Shown piece after piece: positions 46,299 to 57,959 of a stretch of DNA of 64,000 nt. Positions within the stretch are counted from its first letter, which is position 1; each line of letters starts with the position of its first letter. The notes under the pieces were generated by a model. The model was not told where the DNA came from, ran no database searches, and saw only the letters and a list, made by a program, of their open reading frames with translations. The position numbers and the translations under genes were made by a program. Source of the DNA: Candidatus Sulfotelmatobacter sp. (lineage in GTDB: Bacteria; Pseudomonadota; Alphaproteobacteria; Rhodospirillales; Magnetospirillaceae); contig DATLJS010000055.1 of assembly GCA_035538795.1 (NCBI GenBank), positions 25,426 through 89,425 of the forward strand. The letters are read 5' to 3'.

Positions 46299-47282
46299 TT
46301 AGGGTAGCAGAATGGTCGAACCGGTGGTTTTGCGGGCTTCCAGGTCGCGATGGGCCTGGGCCGCTTCCGCCAGGGGATAGGTTTGGTTGATTTCGACCTT
46401 GACCGCCTTGGCGGTCACGACGTCGAACAATTCCTTGGCGCAATGGAGCAGGTCGGGCCGGGGGCCGGCATAGGTGCCGAGGGTCGGACGGGTGACGTAC
46501 AGCGACCCCTTGGCCGCCAGAATCCCCAGATCGACCGGACCGATGGCGCCGGAACTTTGACCGAAGCTGGCCAGCAGGCCGCGCGGCTGCAGGCAATCCA
46601 GCGACTGATAGAAGGTGTCCTTGCCCACCGAATCGTAGACCACCGGCACGCCCTTGCCGTCGGTGATTTCCTTGACCCGTTCGACAAAATTTTCGCGGCT
46701 GTAGACAATCGGATGATCACAGCCGTGACGATGGGCCAGCGCCGCCTTTTCATCGGACCCGACGGTGCCGATGACGGTGGCGCCCAGGTGCTTGGCCCAC
46801 TGGCAGGCGATCAGACCGACGCCGCCGGCGGCGGCGTGGATCAAGATGGTGTCGCCGGCCTTCACCCGATAGGTGGAACGCAGCAGATATTGCGCCGTCA
46901 TGCCTTGCAGCATCATGGCGGCGGCATGCTTGTCGTCGATGTCGTCGGGCAGGCGGACCAGACGGGCGGCGGGATAAATCCGTTCCTCGCAATAGGAGCC
47001 GGGAGCGCCCATGGCGTAGGCTACGCGGTCGCCGACATCGACCTCGGTCACGCCGGGGCCGACCTCCACCACGATGCCGGCGCCTTCCATGCCGATCGAG
47101 GCCGGCAGGACGGGAAGGGGATAAAGGCCGGTGCGATGATAGACGTCGATGAAATTCAGGCCGACGGCGGTATGGCGCAGGCGCACTTCGCCGGAGCCGG
47201 GCTTGCCGATCTCCACCTCTTCCCAGCGCATTTGCTCGGGGCCGCCATGGGCGTGGATACGGATGGCCTTGCTCATGATCAC
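46299..47282 (-). CDS. qor: NADPH:quinone oxidoreductase (zeta-crystallin-like MDR family)
   Basis: MDR fold with the HAAAGGVG nucleotide-binding motif and a GEVRLRHTAVGLNFID N-terminal pattern. Confidence 0.82.
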   Translation of the reverse strand: MIMSKAIRIHAHGGPEQMRWEEVEIGKPGSGEVRLRHTAVGLNFIDVYHRTGLYPLPVLPASIGMEGAGIVVEVGPGVTEVDVGDRVAYAMGAPGSYCEERIYPAARLVRLPDDIDDKHAAAMMLQGMTAQYLLRSTYRVKAGDTILIHAAAGGVGLIACQWAKHLGATVIGTVGSDEKAALAHRHGCDHPIVYSRENFVERVKEITDGKGVPVVYDSVGKDTFYQSLDCLQPRGLLASFGQSSGAIGPVDLGILAAKGSLYVTRPTLGTYAGPRPDLLHCAKELFDVVTAKAVKVEINQTYPLAEAAQAHRDLEARKTTGSTILLP

Positions 47283-47740
47283 TGTCCTTTCGTCAAATCG
47301 AAGCCTTCAAGGGCCAGAAGATATTTTTTGGTGTCGGTGCCGCCGAAGCCGGAATAGCCGGTCAGGGCGCCGTTGCCGGCGATGACCCGGTGGCAGGGAA
47401 TGATGATGGGCAAGGGATTGCGGCCGCAGGCGCCGCCGACGGCCCGCGGCGATGATTTCAGCCTGTTGGAAATGTCGCCGTAGCGCAAAATCCGGCCATA
47501 GGGAATTTCCTGCATGATGCGCCAGACGTTCTTTTGAAAGTCGCTACCGGGCGGATCCAGGGGCAGATCGAAGTCCTTCAGCCTTCCTTCGAAATAGGCA
47601 TCGATCTGGCGGGCGGCTTCCAGCAGCAGCGGAGTTTCCTCGCCGTCATCCACTGCGCCCCAGTCCAGACTGACCAGCTTGCCGTTCTCTTCGAACAAGG
47701 TCAGGTCGCAAATGGGGCTGGGAATGGTCAGATAGGCCAT
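47279..47740 (-). CDS. ogt: methylated-DNA--protein-cysteine methyltransferase
   Basis: Active-site IPCHRV motif and a TGYSGFGG pattern, 153 aa. Confidence 0.88.
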   Translation of the reverse strand: MAYLTIPSPICDLTLFEENGKLVSLDWGAVDDGEETPLLLEAARQIDAYFEGRLKDFDLPLDPPGSDFQKNVWRIMQEIPYGRILRYGDISNRLKSSPRAVGGACGRNPLPIIIPCHRVIAGNGALTGYSGFGGTDTKKYLLALEGFDLTKGQ

Positions 47741-47755
47741 GGAAGGACAAGCTCC

Positions 47756-49762
<2,007 letters not shown>

Positions 49763-49891
49763 GAAGGGCCTTTCAAAAATCGGGCTAAGAGAGGATCGCC
49801 CAAGGAGGATTGCATTGATGCTGTCTTACCGCTTAGTTTGGACGTCCGGCCCTTGGTTGCAACCGTCATCCTGCCATTACGGAGCCTGACT

Positions 49892-50152
49892 ATGAAGATC
49901 ACGTTCGATGTGGACTGCACGCCCGAGGAGGCGCGGACCTTCTTCGGTCTGCCTGACGTCAAGTCCATGCAGGATTCCATGATGAAGAAGATCGAGGAAC
50001 GCATGGGCGCCAACCTGGACGCCATGAGCCCCGAAGCCCTGCTGAAAACCTGGCTGCCGGCCGGGGTGCAGGGCATGGAGCAATTCCAGAAAATGTTCTG
50101 GAACGCCTTTCAGGGCAACGGCCAAACCCGAACCAGGAAGAGTGAACCGTGA
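49892..50152 (+). CDS. small hypothetical protein (86 aa)
   Basis: ATG 49892 has a GGAG SD 7 nt upstream. The stop overlaps the downstream GTG start, indicating translational coupling. No family assigned. Confidence 0.45.
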   Translation: MKITFDVDCTPEEARTFFGLPDVKSMQDSMMKKIEERMGANLDAMSPEALLKTWLPAGVQGMEQFQKMFWNAFQGNGQTRTRKSEP

Positions 50153-50517
50153 GTCTGCCTGCCGATCCGCCGCTGTACTTCCGCCTGCATCTGTTCATCT
50201 GCACCAATCAGCGCCCCGAAGGCCATCCCCGCGGTTCCTGCGCCCGCTCCGGATCCGAGAAGCTGCGGGATTATCTGAAGGCGCGGGCCAAGGAACTGGG
50301 GCTGGGTGACGTTCGCGTCAACAGCGCCGGATGTCTGGACCGCTGCGAGTTGGGGCCGGTGCTGGTGATCTATCCCGAAGGCGTCTGGTACGGCTTCAAG
50401 ACGCACGAGGATATCGACGAGATCCTTGCCGCCCATTTGCAGGGCGGCGGCCGGGTCGAACGGTTGATGCTGCGGCCCGAGGACGGCCCCTTCAAAGACG
50501 GCCCGAAGAAGCACTGA
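50149..50517 (+). CDS. thioredoxin-like [2Fe-2S] ferredoxin family protein
   Basis: Cys pattern in HLFICTNQR...GSC...AGCLDRCELGPVLVIYPEGVWY, typical of this ferredoxin-like family. Confidence 0.7.
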   Translation: MSLPADPPLYFRLHLFICTNQRPEGHPRGSCARSGSEKLRDYLKARAKELGLGDVRVNSAGCLDRCELGPVLVIYPEGVWYGFKTHEDIDEILAAHLQGGGRVERLMLRPEDGPFKDGPKKH

Positions 50518-50518
50518 C

Positions 50519-51817
50519 ATGGACAGCATCTTCGCCCTGGCCAGCGCCGCCGGGCGGGCCGGGGTGGCGGTCTATCGCCTGTCCGGCCCCAAGGTGGCCG
50601 AAACGGTCCGTTCCCTGACCGGCGCCGATCTGCCGCCGCCGCGCCGGGCCGTCTTCCGTTCCATCTTTCATAAGGGCGAACTGATCGACCAGGGACTGGT
50701 GATCTGGTTTCCGGCTCCGGCCAGCTTTACCGGTGAGGATGTCGCCGAATTGCAGATCCACGGTGGCCGGGCGGTGGCCCAGGCTCTGACCGAAGCCTTG
50801 CGGGCCAGCGGCCTGCGCCCCGCCGAACCGGGAGAATTCAGCCGCCGGGCCTTCGAGGCGGGCAAGCTGGACCTGACCCAGGCGGAAGCTATCGCCGATC
50901 TGGTGGACGCCGAAACGGCGGCGCAGCGGCGGCAGGCCTTGCGGCAGATGGACGGAGCCCTTTTGCGCCTTTACGAGGATTGGCGTGAACGGCTGCTGCG
51001 GGCTCAGGCTCATCTGGAAGCCGAAATCGATTTTTCCGACGAAGACCTGCCCGGCGGCTTGAGCGAAGCGGCCCGGCTGTCCCTTCAGGACATGATGGCC
51101 GAGATGAGCCTGCATCTGGCCGACGGTCATCGCGGCGAACGGCTGCGTGACGGTTTGCACGCGACCATTCTGGGATCGCCCAACGTCGGTAAGTCCAGCC
51201 TGTTGAACCGTATCGCCGGACGCGAGGCGGCCATCGTCTCGTCGCAGGCGGGAACCACCCGCGACGTTATCGAGGTGCATCTCGACCTGGGCGGCTATCC
51301 CGTGGTGCTGGCCGACACCGCCGGGCTGCGCGAGGCGGGAGAGGCGGTCGAGGAAGAAGGCATCCGCCGCGCCCGCGCCCGCGCCGAAGCCGCCGATCTG
51401 AAACTGGTGGTGTTCGACGCCAGCCAGCCGGTGGACGCCGCGGTGCTGGAGCTGGTGGACGACCAGTCTTTGGTGCTGCTGAACAAGAGTGATCTGGCGG
51501 CGGCCGATTTTCCCCTGAAGGGCATGGCGGTATCGGCCAAGACCGGCGACGGCCTGGATGTCCTGCTGGCGGAACTGGCCCGCCGCGCCGCCGATGTCCT
51601 GGAGGGATCGGGAGCTCCGGCTCTGACCCGCGCCCGTCACCGGGCGGCGATCGAGGACGCGCTGGAGAATCTTCGCCATGCCCTGCATGCGGGGCTTCCC
51701 GAACTGGCCGCGGAAGATGTAAGACTCGCCTCACGGGCGCTGGGCCGAATCACCGGGCGGGTGGATGTCGAGGATATGCTTGACATCATCTTCCGGGAAT
51801 TCTGCATCGGAAAGTGA
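50519..51817 (+). CDS. mnmE: tRNA uridine-5-carboxymethylaminomethyl synthesis GTPase MnmE
   Basis: G-domain motifs GSPNVGKSSL and DTAGLR, with the C-terminal FCIGK tetrapeptide signature. Confidence 0.95.
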   Translation: MDSIFALASAAGRAGVAVYRLSGPKVAETVRSLTGADLPPPRRAVFRSIFHKGELIDQGLVIWFPAPASFTGEDVAELQIHGGRAVAQALTEALRASGLRPAEPGEFSRRAFEAGKLDLTQAEAIADLVDAETAAQRRQALRQMDGALLRLYEDWRERLLRAQAHLEAEIDFSDEDLPGGLSEAARLSLQDMMAEMSLHLADGHRGERLRDGLHATILGSPNVGKSSLLNRIAGREAAIVSSQAGTTRDVIEVHLDLGGYPVVLADTAGLREAGEAVEEEGIRRARARAEAADLKLVVFDASQPVDAAVLELVDDQSLVLLNKSDLAAADFPLKGMAVSAKTGDGLDVLLAELARRAADVLEGSGAPALTRARHRAAIEDALENLRHALHAGLPELAAEDVRLASRALGRITGRVDVEDMLDIIFREFCIGK

Positions 51818-51863
51818 TGTCTCCGCCGCCTGGACCTTCGGGGACATAGAGAACCAAAGACTC

Positions 51864-51879
51864 TGTTTCACGTGAAACA
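51864..51879. other. parS: parS site, perfect palindrome TGTTTCACGTGAAACA
   Basis: Exact consensus in the mnmE-mnmG spacer. Confidence 0.88.
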
Positions 51880-51889
51880 ACGGATCGAG

Positions 51890-53758
51890 ATGGAAAAAGT
51901 CGACGTCATTGTAATCGGCGCCGGACATGCCGGCTGCGAAGCCGCCGCCGCTTCGGCGCGCATGGGAGCCAAGACCCTGCTGCTGACCCAGCGTCTGGAG
52001 ACGGTGGGCGAGATGAGCTGCAACCCGGCCATCGGCGGCTTGGCCAAGGGCCAGCTGGTGCGCGAGATCGACGCCCTGGACGGCGTCATGGGCCGGGTCA
52101 TCGATCGGGCCGGCATTCAGTTCCGCATTCTTAACCGCAGCAAGGGACCGGCGGTGCAGGGGCCCAGGGCCCAGGCCGACCGCAAGCTTTACCGCCGGGC
52201 CATGACCGAAATTCTGGCCGAGACCGCCAATCTGGAAGTGCGCGCCGCCTCGGTCGAGGGATTGCTGACGGCCGTCGACGGCATCACCGTCACCGGCGTA
52301 ACCCTGGCCGACGGCGGCGAGATCGCGTCAGGGGCGGTGGTCATCACCACCGGCACTTTTCTGCGCGGCATCGTCCATATCGGCCAGACTACTTTCCCGG
52401 CGGGACGCATGGGCGACCAGCCAAGCCTTGGGCTGTCAGCATCGCTGGAAAAAATCGGCTTCACTCTGGGGCGGCTGAAGACTGGAACGCCTTGCCGTCT
52501 GGACGGCCGGACCATCGCCTGGGACAGCCTGGACCAGCAGTTGGGCGACGATCCGCCGGTGCCGTTCTCCTATCTGACCGACAAGATCACGACGCCGCAG
52601 ATCGCCTGCGGCATCACCGGCACCACCGAGGCCAGCCACCGGCTGATCCGCGCCAATCTGGATCGGGCGCCGATGTATTCCGGCCAGATCGGCAGCGTCG
52701 GTCCGCGCTATTGTCCCAGCATCGAGGACAAGGTGGTGCGCTTCGGCGATCGCGACCGCCATCAGATCTTCCTGGAACCGGAGGGTCTGGACGACCATAC
52801 CGTCTATCCCAACGGTATCTCCACCAGCCTGCCGGAAGATGTGCAGTTGGCTTTGCTGAAGACCATTCCCGGCCTGGAACAGGCGGTGATGCTGCGGCCC
52901 GGCTATGCCATCGAATATGATTACGTCGATCCCCGCGAACTGTACCGCACCTTGGAGACCCGCCGGGCGCCGCGCCTGTTTCTGGCCGGTCAGATCAACG
53001 GCACCACCGGTTACGAGGAAGCCGGGGCGCAGGGCCTGATGGCCGGTATCAACGCCGCCCTGGCGGTCGGCGGTGGAAGCCGTTTCACCTTGGACCGCGC
53101 CGACGCCTATATTGGCGTGCTGATCGACGATCTGGTGACGCGGGGCACGTCCGAACCCTATCGCATGTTCACCTCGCGGGCGGAATACCGTCTGATCCTG
53201 CGTTCCGACAACGCCGACCTGCGGCTGACGCCGAAAGGAATGGAACTGGGCGTTGTCGGTTCCGTTCGCCGCGACTCTTTTTTGGCGAAGGCGGAAGCCT
53301 TGAAGCAGGGCAGGGCGCTGATGCTGTCTTTGGCTGCCACGCCCAACGAGTTGAAGGCCAAGGGTTTCAACGTCAACCAGGACGGTGTTCGCCGGTCGGC
53401 TTTCGATTTGCTGCGCTATGCCGATGTGACTTGGGAACAGTTGACCGCCCAATGGCCCGGCTTGCAGGGGTTGCGTCCGGATGTCGCCGAACAGCTGGAG
53501 ATCGAAGGGCGTTATGCCGGCTATCTCGATCGTCAGACCGCCGACATTCTCGCCTTCCGCCGGGATGAGGCCTTGGAGCTTCCCGACGATCTCGATTACG
53601 CCGCCATCGGATCCCTGTCCAACGAGGTGCGCCTGAAGCTACAGGCCGCCCGTCCGGCCACGCTGGGGGCGGCCGGACGCATTCCCGGCGTCACCCCGGC
53701 GGCGCTGACCGCCTTGCTGGCCCATGTGAAGCGGCAAGAGAAGGGGAGCGCCGCATGA
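51890..53758 (+). CDS. mnmG: tRNA uridine 5-carboxymethylaminomethyl modification enzyme MnmG
   Basis: FAD-binding motif [15 protein letters not shown] and full-length GidA collinearity. The start is set at ATG 51890, because the ORF-track GTG at 51872 lies inside the parS palindrome. Confidence 0.95.
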   Translation: MEKVDVIVIGAGHAGCEAAAASARMGAKTLLLTQRLETVGEMSCNPAIGGLAKGQLVREIDALDGVMGRVIDRAGIQFRILNRSKGPAVQGPRAQADRKLYRRAMTEILAETANLEVRAASVEGLLTAVDGITVTGVTLADGGEIASGAVVITTGTFLRGIVHIGQTTFPAGRMGDQPSLGLSASLEKIGFTLGRLKTGTPCRLDGRTIAWDSLDQQLGDDPPVPFSYLTDKITTPQIACGITGTTEASHRLIRANLDRAPMYSGQIGSVGPRYCPSIEDKVVRFGDRDRHQIFLEPEGLDDHTVYPNGISTSLPEDVQLALLKTIPGLEQAVMLRPGYAIEYDYVDPRELYRTLETRRAPRLFLAGQINGTTGYEEAGAQGLMAGINAALAVGGGSRFTLDRADAYIGVLIDDLVTRGTSEPYRMFTSRAEYRLILRSDNADLRLTPKGMELGVVGSVRRDSFLAKAEALKQGRALMLSLAATPNELKAKGFNVNQDGVRRSAFDLLRYADVTWEQLTAQWPGLQGLRPDVAEQLEIEGRYAGYLDRQTADILAFRRDEALELPDDLDYAAIGSLSNEVRLKLQAARPATLGAAGRIPGVTPAALTALLAHVKRQEKGSAA

Positions 53759-54399
53759 GCGTTTCACGTGAAACAACCCTGCCGCCCATGAGCCGCGAGC
53801 AGTTTGCCCAGACTCTCTCTGTTTCACGTGAAACGCTGGAGCGGTTGAGCGCCTATGCCGAGTTACTGGTGAAATGGCAGGCCAAGATCAATCTGGTTGG
53901 GCCGGCGACGCTGCCCGACCTGTGGCGGCGGCATATGCTGGATTCGGCCCAGATGGCCGCCCATCTGCCGGACGGGCCGGTGCTCGATCTCGGCAGCGGG
54001 GCGGGATTTCCCGGTCTGGTGCTGGCGGTCATGACCGGCCAGACGGTGCATCTGGTAGAGTCCGACGCGCGGAAATGCGCTTTTTTACGGGAAGCCGCCC
54101 GCATTGCCGGCGCCGACGTCGTCATCCACAACAAGCGGATCGAGGCCGTCGCGCCTTTCTCCGTGGCGGCGGTGACGGCCCGGGCTCTGGCCTCGTTGGA
54201 TAAATTGTTGGATTGGGCTGCGCCCTTTTTGCAACAGCGAACGCAATGCCTCTTCCTGAAGGGGAAGATCGTCGATGAAGAATTGACCCAGGCGGGCGAA
54301 CATTGGAAGATGACCTCCAGACGGGTTCCGTCCTTGTCGGACCCCTCCGGTCTTATTCTCATCCTTAATGAGGTACATCGTGGTCGAGACGAGCGCTAG
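53755..54399 (+). CDS. rsmG: 16S rRNA (guanine527-N7)-methyltransferase RsmG
   Basis: VSRETLERL...[14 protein letters not shown]-terminal pattern and the SAM motif [15 protein letters not shown]. An alternative start at ATG 53788 would place the first parS outside the CDS. Confidence 0.9.
   Translation: MSVSRETTLPPMSREQFAQTLSVSRETLERLSAYAELLVKWQAKINLVGPATLPDLWRRHMLDSAQMAAHLPDGPVLDLGSGAGFPGLVLAVMTGQTVHLVESDARKCAFLREAARIAGADVVIHNKRIEAVAPFSVAAVTARALASLDKLLDWAAPFLQQRTQCLFLKGKIVDEELTQAGEHWKMTSRRVPSLSDPSGLILILNEVHRGRDER
53760..53775. other. parS: parS site (CGTTTCACGTGAAACA, 1 flank mismatch)
   Basis: 15 of 16 match, at the mnmG/rsmG junction. Confidence 0.75.
53820..53835. other. parS: parS site (TGTTTCACGTGAAACG, 1 flank mismatch) inside rsmG
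   Basis: 15 of 16 match. It encodes the conserved RsmG peptide VSRET. Confidence 0.75.
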
Positions 54400-55189
54400 C
54401 CGCGGCCCTTTGGTGTCTTCGCGGATCATCGCCATCGCCAATCAGAAGGGCGGCGTCGGTAAAACCACCACCGCCATCAATCTGGCGACGGCCATCGCGG
54501 CCACCAAGAAGAAGGTTCTGGTGATCGATCTCGATCCTCAGGGCAATGCCAGCACCGGCCTGGGCATCGAGCGAGGCCAGCGCGCCATCAGCTCGTATCA
54601 TGTGCTGATGGGCGAAGCCACCCTGGAGCAGGCGATTCTGACCTGCCCGATCCCCAACCTGTCGGTGGTGCCGTCGTCGGTGGACCTGTCGGGCGCCGAG
54701 ATCGAGCTGGTGGACGCCGATCGGCGCGAAGCGCGCTTGCGCGACGCCTTGGCCAAGGCGTCCGGCTGGGACCTGATCCTGATCGATTGCCCGCCGTCGC
54801 TGAATTTGCTGACCCTGAACGCCCTGGTGGCGGCTCAGGCGGTGCTGGTTCCCCTGCAGTGCGAGTTCTTCGCCCTGGAAGGCATCAGCCATCTGGTCAA
54901 GACCATCGAGCGGGTGCGCGCCGCCCTCAATCCCAGCCTGGAGCTGCACGGAATCGTCCTGACCATGTTCGACAAAAGGAACAATCTGTCGGATATGGTC
55001 GCTGCCGACGTACGTGGTTACTTTGGTGATAAGGTCTATAAAACAGTGATACCCCGAAATGTTCGCGTCTCCGAGGCGCCTTCCCACGGCAAGCCGGTGC
55101 TGCTCTATGATGTGCGGTGCGCCGGCTCCGAGGCTTATATCCATCTGGCCCGCGAAGTGATCAAGCGCGAGCAGGAGCTGTGCGCATGA
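54368..55189 (+). CDS. parA: chromosome partitioning ATPase ParA
   Basis: Deviant Walker A IANQKGGVGKTTT and ParA/Soj collinearity. The start is uncertain: ATG 54368 overlaps rsmG by 32 nt, and TTG/GTG at 54410/54413 are alternatives. Confidence 0.92.
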   Translation: MRYIVVETSASRGPLVSSRIIAIANQKGGVGKTTTAINLATAIAATKKKVLVIDLDPQGNASTGLGIERGQRAISSYHVLMGEATLEQAILTCPIPNLSVVPSSVDLSGAEIELVDADRREARLRDALAKASGWDLILIDCPPSLNLLTLNALVAAQAVLVPLQCEFFALEGISHLVKTIERVRAALNPSLELHGIVLTMFDKRNNLSDMVAADVRGYFGDKVYKTVIPRNVRVSEAPSHGKPVLLYDVRCAGSEAYIHLAREVIKREQELCA

Positions 55190-56202
55190 GTGGTGAAGCC
55201 CCGCGCCGCGGACTGGGCCGCGGACTGTCCGCCCTGTTGGGCGATCCCGCTCCGGTCGCGGCTCCGGTCACGCCCACGGTGATGATGGCCACCACCATTC
55301 CCACCACGCCGGGCGAAGCCAGCGTGCCGGTGAGCATGGTCGATCCTTCCCGTCTGGTGCGCTATCTGCCCATCGAGAAGCTTTATCCCGGCAAGTTCCA
55401 GCCGCGTCGCGTCTTCGATCAGAACGCCATCGACGATCTGGCCGAATCGGTCAAGGCCAAGGGGATTCTCCAGCCGATCCTGGTGCGTCCCCTGGAAAAA
55501 CAGGACCGCTTCGAGATCATCGCCGGTGAACGCCGCTGGCGGGCGGCGCAGAAGGCCAACCTGCACGAGGTGCCGGTGATCGTCCGCGAGATGGCGGACA
55601 TCGAGGCTTTGGAAATCGCCCTGATCGAGAACCTGCAGCGTCAGGATCTTTCGCCCCTGGAAGAGGCCGAGGGCTATCGCCGCCTGATGAATGAGTTCAA
55701 GCACACGCAGGAAGAACTGGCCCAAGTGGTGGGCAAGAGCCGCAGCCATGTGGCCAACACCATGCGCTTGCTGGCTTTGCCCGATCCGGTGAAGAAGCTG
55801 CTGGACGACGGCGCTTTGTCGGCCGGTCATGCCCGCGCCTTGCTGACCAGCCCGGATCCGGTGGCCTTGGCCGAGCAGGTGGTGGCCAAGGGGTTAAACG
55901 TTCGCCAGACCGAAGCCCTGGCCAATCAGCAGCCTGGCAAAAGCCCTAAGGCCGGCAAGACCGCGGGCGGCTCGAAGCCAGCGGCGGGCGATTCCGCCTA
56001 TCGCGACGCTGATGTGGAATCGCTGGAGCGGGATCTGTCCAACCTGCTGGGCTTGCGGGTATCGATCCGCACCGCGTCCCAGCAAGGCGGCGAACTGGCC
56101 GTCGAATATGGTTCCTTGGAACAGTTGGACGATATCCTGCATCGTCTGTCCGGAGGTCTGCATGGCCGGGCGAATATCCCGGCCGGCTTCGGCGACGAGT
56201 AG
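55186..56202 (+). CDS. parB: chromosome partitioning protein ParB
   Basis: RGLGRGLSALLG N-terminal motif, the ParB box IAGERRWRAA and an HTH region. ATG 55186 overlaps the parA stop. Confidence 0.94.
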   Translation: MSGEAPRRGLGRGLSALLGDPAPVAAPVTPTVMMATTIPTTPGEASVPVSMVDPSRLVRYLPIEKLYPGKFQPRRVFDQNAIDDLAESVKAKGILQPILVRPLEKQDRFEIIAGERRWRAAQKANLHEVPVIVREMADIEALEIALIENLQRQDLSPLEEAEGYRRLMNEFKHTQEELAQVVGKSRSHVANTMRLLALPDPVKKLLDDGALSAGHARALLTSPDPVALAEQVVAKGLNVRQTEALANQQPGKSPKAGKTAGGSKPAAGDSAYRDADVESLERDLSNLLGLRVSIRTASQQGGELAVEYGSLEQLDDILHRLSGGLHGRANIPAGFGDE

Positions 56203-56224
56203 GATTTTTCCAGCAGAATGTATG

Positions 56225-56256
56225 AATGGCCGGGCACGTCTCGGCCATTTTGCTTT
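56225..56256 (+). terminator. rho-independent terminator after parB
   Basis: AATGGCCG-N9-CGGCCATT followed by TTGCTTT, 23 nt after the parB stop. Confidence 0.65.
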
Positions 56257-56345
56257 GGTGTCTTGTAACACATTGAAATCATTGAGATGACGAATCTTGC
56301 AGCGTTTAGCGCCGACAGCCGTGCGCAGATGCGAAGAGCGGCGTC

Positions 56346-57392
56346 TCAGCGCCTGCCCGGCGGACCGGGTTTGCGTCCGGCGCCGCGGGCCAATTGCATG
56401 ACGGCGCGCCCGGTCAGTTCCTCGGCCGGCATGCCGGTGCTCTTGCAATCCATCTCGGTGTTGACCAGCAGCTCCAGGGCTTGACCCAGCCGGTCGGAAG
56501 GCCAGCGGGCCAATTGCTGTTTCAGCTTGTCGGCCACGCGGAAGTGGGGCGGCGGCTTCAATGTGGCGACGGCCTGCTCGGCGGTCTTGCCCTTGCCGAT
56601 GAATCCGGCGCAAAGGTGCAGCCGCTGGAAGTGCCTCTGCAAAGCCCGCAGGATGGGAATGGTCGAGGTGCCCTCGGAAAACAGGCGGTCGAGGATGCGC
56701 TGGGCGGTGGCGTGGTCGCCGTCCGCCGCCGCCAGGCAAAGATCGTCCATGGACAGGGCGGCGGTGTCGCCGACGCAGGCCGCCGCGTCTTCCAGCTTTA
56801 CCCGTCCGCCGGACGCGCCCATATAGAGCGCCAGTTTTTCCAGTTCCGATCGTGTCAGCTTGCGGTCGCCGCCCAGATGCTCGGTCAGATAGGCGACGGC
56901 GTCGGGTTCGGCGGTCAGTCCATGGGCCCGCAAGGTTTCATGAACGACGGCCTCTAGCCCGCCGCCCTCGTCGGCATAGCAGGGCAGGGCGACGGCGTTG
57001 TCGGCCCCCTCGAATAGCTTGCGTAAAGAGGAGCGGGGCGACAACTCCCCTCCCTCGACCAGAATCAGTGAATCGCCCATGGGGCGTTCAAGGAAGGATT
57101 GCAGAGCGGCGGCGGCATTGTCGCCGGCATCGCGGATGCGGACGACGCGGCGTCCGCCGGTCAAGGCGATGGCGGCGGCCTCGTCGGCCAGCCGGGCCGG
57201 GTCTTCCTTCAGGGCCGAGCCGTTGATGTCGGCGATGCGGAAGGGGTCCGACAAATCGGTGACCACGGTCTTGGCCAACCGGTCCAAGCGCTCCTTGATC
57301 AGGCCCGCATCCGGGCCGTAGACGAGAACCGCCAGGGCGTTCCTATCCGGTGCCTTCAGGAAGGCTTCGATGCGGGCGCCGCTCAGTTTCAC
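56346..57392 (-). CDS. holA: DNA polymerase III subunit delta
   Basis: 348 aa with a holA-type N-terminus (ARIEAFLKAPDRNALAVLVYGPDAGLI) and the conserved leuS-lptE-holA arrangement. Confidence 0.85.
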   Translation of the reverse strand: MKLSGARIEAFLKAPDRNALAVLVYGPDAGLIKERLDRLAKTVVTDLSDPFRIADINGSALKEDPARLADEAAAIALTGGRRVVRIRDAGDNAAAALQSFLERPMGDSLILVEGGELSPRSSLRKLFEGADNAVALPCYADEGGGLEAVVHETLRAHGLTAEPDAVAYLTEHLGGDRKLTRSELEKLALYMGASGGRVKLEDAAACVGDTAALSMDDLCLAAADGDHATAQRILDRLFSEGTSTIPILRALQRHFQRLHLCAGFIGKGKTAEQAVATLKPPPHFRVADKLKQQLARWPSDRLGQALELLVNTEMDCKSTGMPAEELTGRAVMQLARGAGRKPGPPGRR

Positions 57393-57404
57393 GGCTGCGT
57401 CGCC

Positions 57405-57959
57405 TTACCGCGCCGGCTTGATGTCGCCGCGGCGGACCTCGGCGGCGCGGATGAAATAAGCGGCCAGGGCGTTGCGGATCTCCTCGGCCACCTGATCGGC
57501 GGCGCGGTGATTGACGGCGTCCTGGGCTGAAATGTCCGAGAAATGCTGCACCAGATAGTCGTAGGAGAGTTCCTTGGTGCTGACGCCCTGGGTGACCAGG
57601 CGCTCTCCTTGCAGCAACTGATAGGTCGCCGTATAGGTCACCAGATTGCGGCTGGCCGTATCGTCGGGCAGGGTGGCTTCGGCGGTGTCGGTGCTGGTCA
57701 GGATCACCTGCAGGGAATAAACCGGCTTCAAAGGCTCGCCGCGAGGATTGAGGCGGTTCAGAAGAGCATTGTGCAGAAGCTGGCCGTTGCGGTCCTTGAT
57801 GCTGGCGACGCTGATACTGGCAAGCTCGCCGGCTACGGCCGGGTCGGCCGAGCTTTTGCCGTACATCGGACGAAAGCCGCAGGCCGCCAGGGACAGAGCG
57901 GCGGTCAGCCCCAGGGCCAGCAGCATTCCACGCATCAGGGTCCGCTTAGGCGACCACAT
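57405..57959 (-). CDS. lptE: LPS-assembly lipoprotein LptE
   Basis: Lipobox LSLAACGF, ~180 aa, immediately downstream of and overlapping leuS. Confidence 0.8.
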   Translation of the reverse strand: MWSPKRTLMRGMLLALGLTAALSLAACGFRPMYGKSSADPAVAGELASISVASIKDRNGQLLHNALLNRLNPRGEPLKPVYSLQVILTSTDTAEATLPDDTASRNLVTYTATYQLLQGERLVTQGVSTKELSYDYLVQHFSDISAQDAVNHRAADQVAEEIRNALAAYFIRAAEVRRGDIKPAR

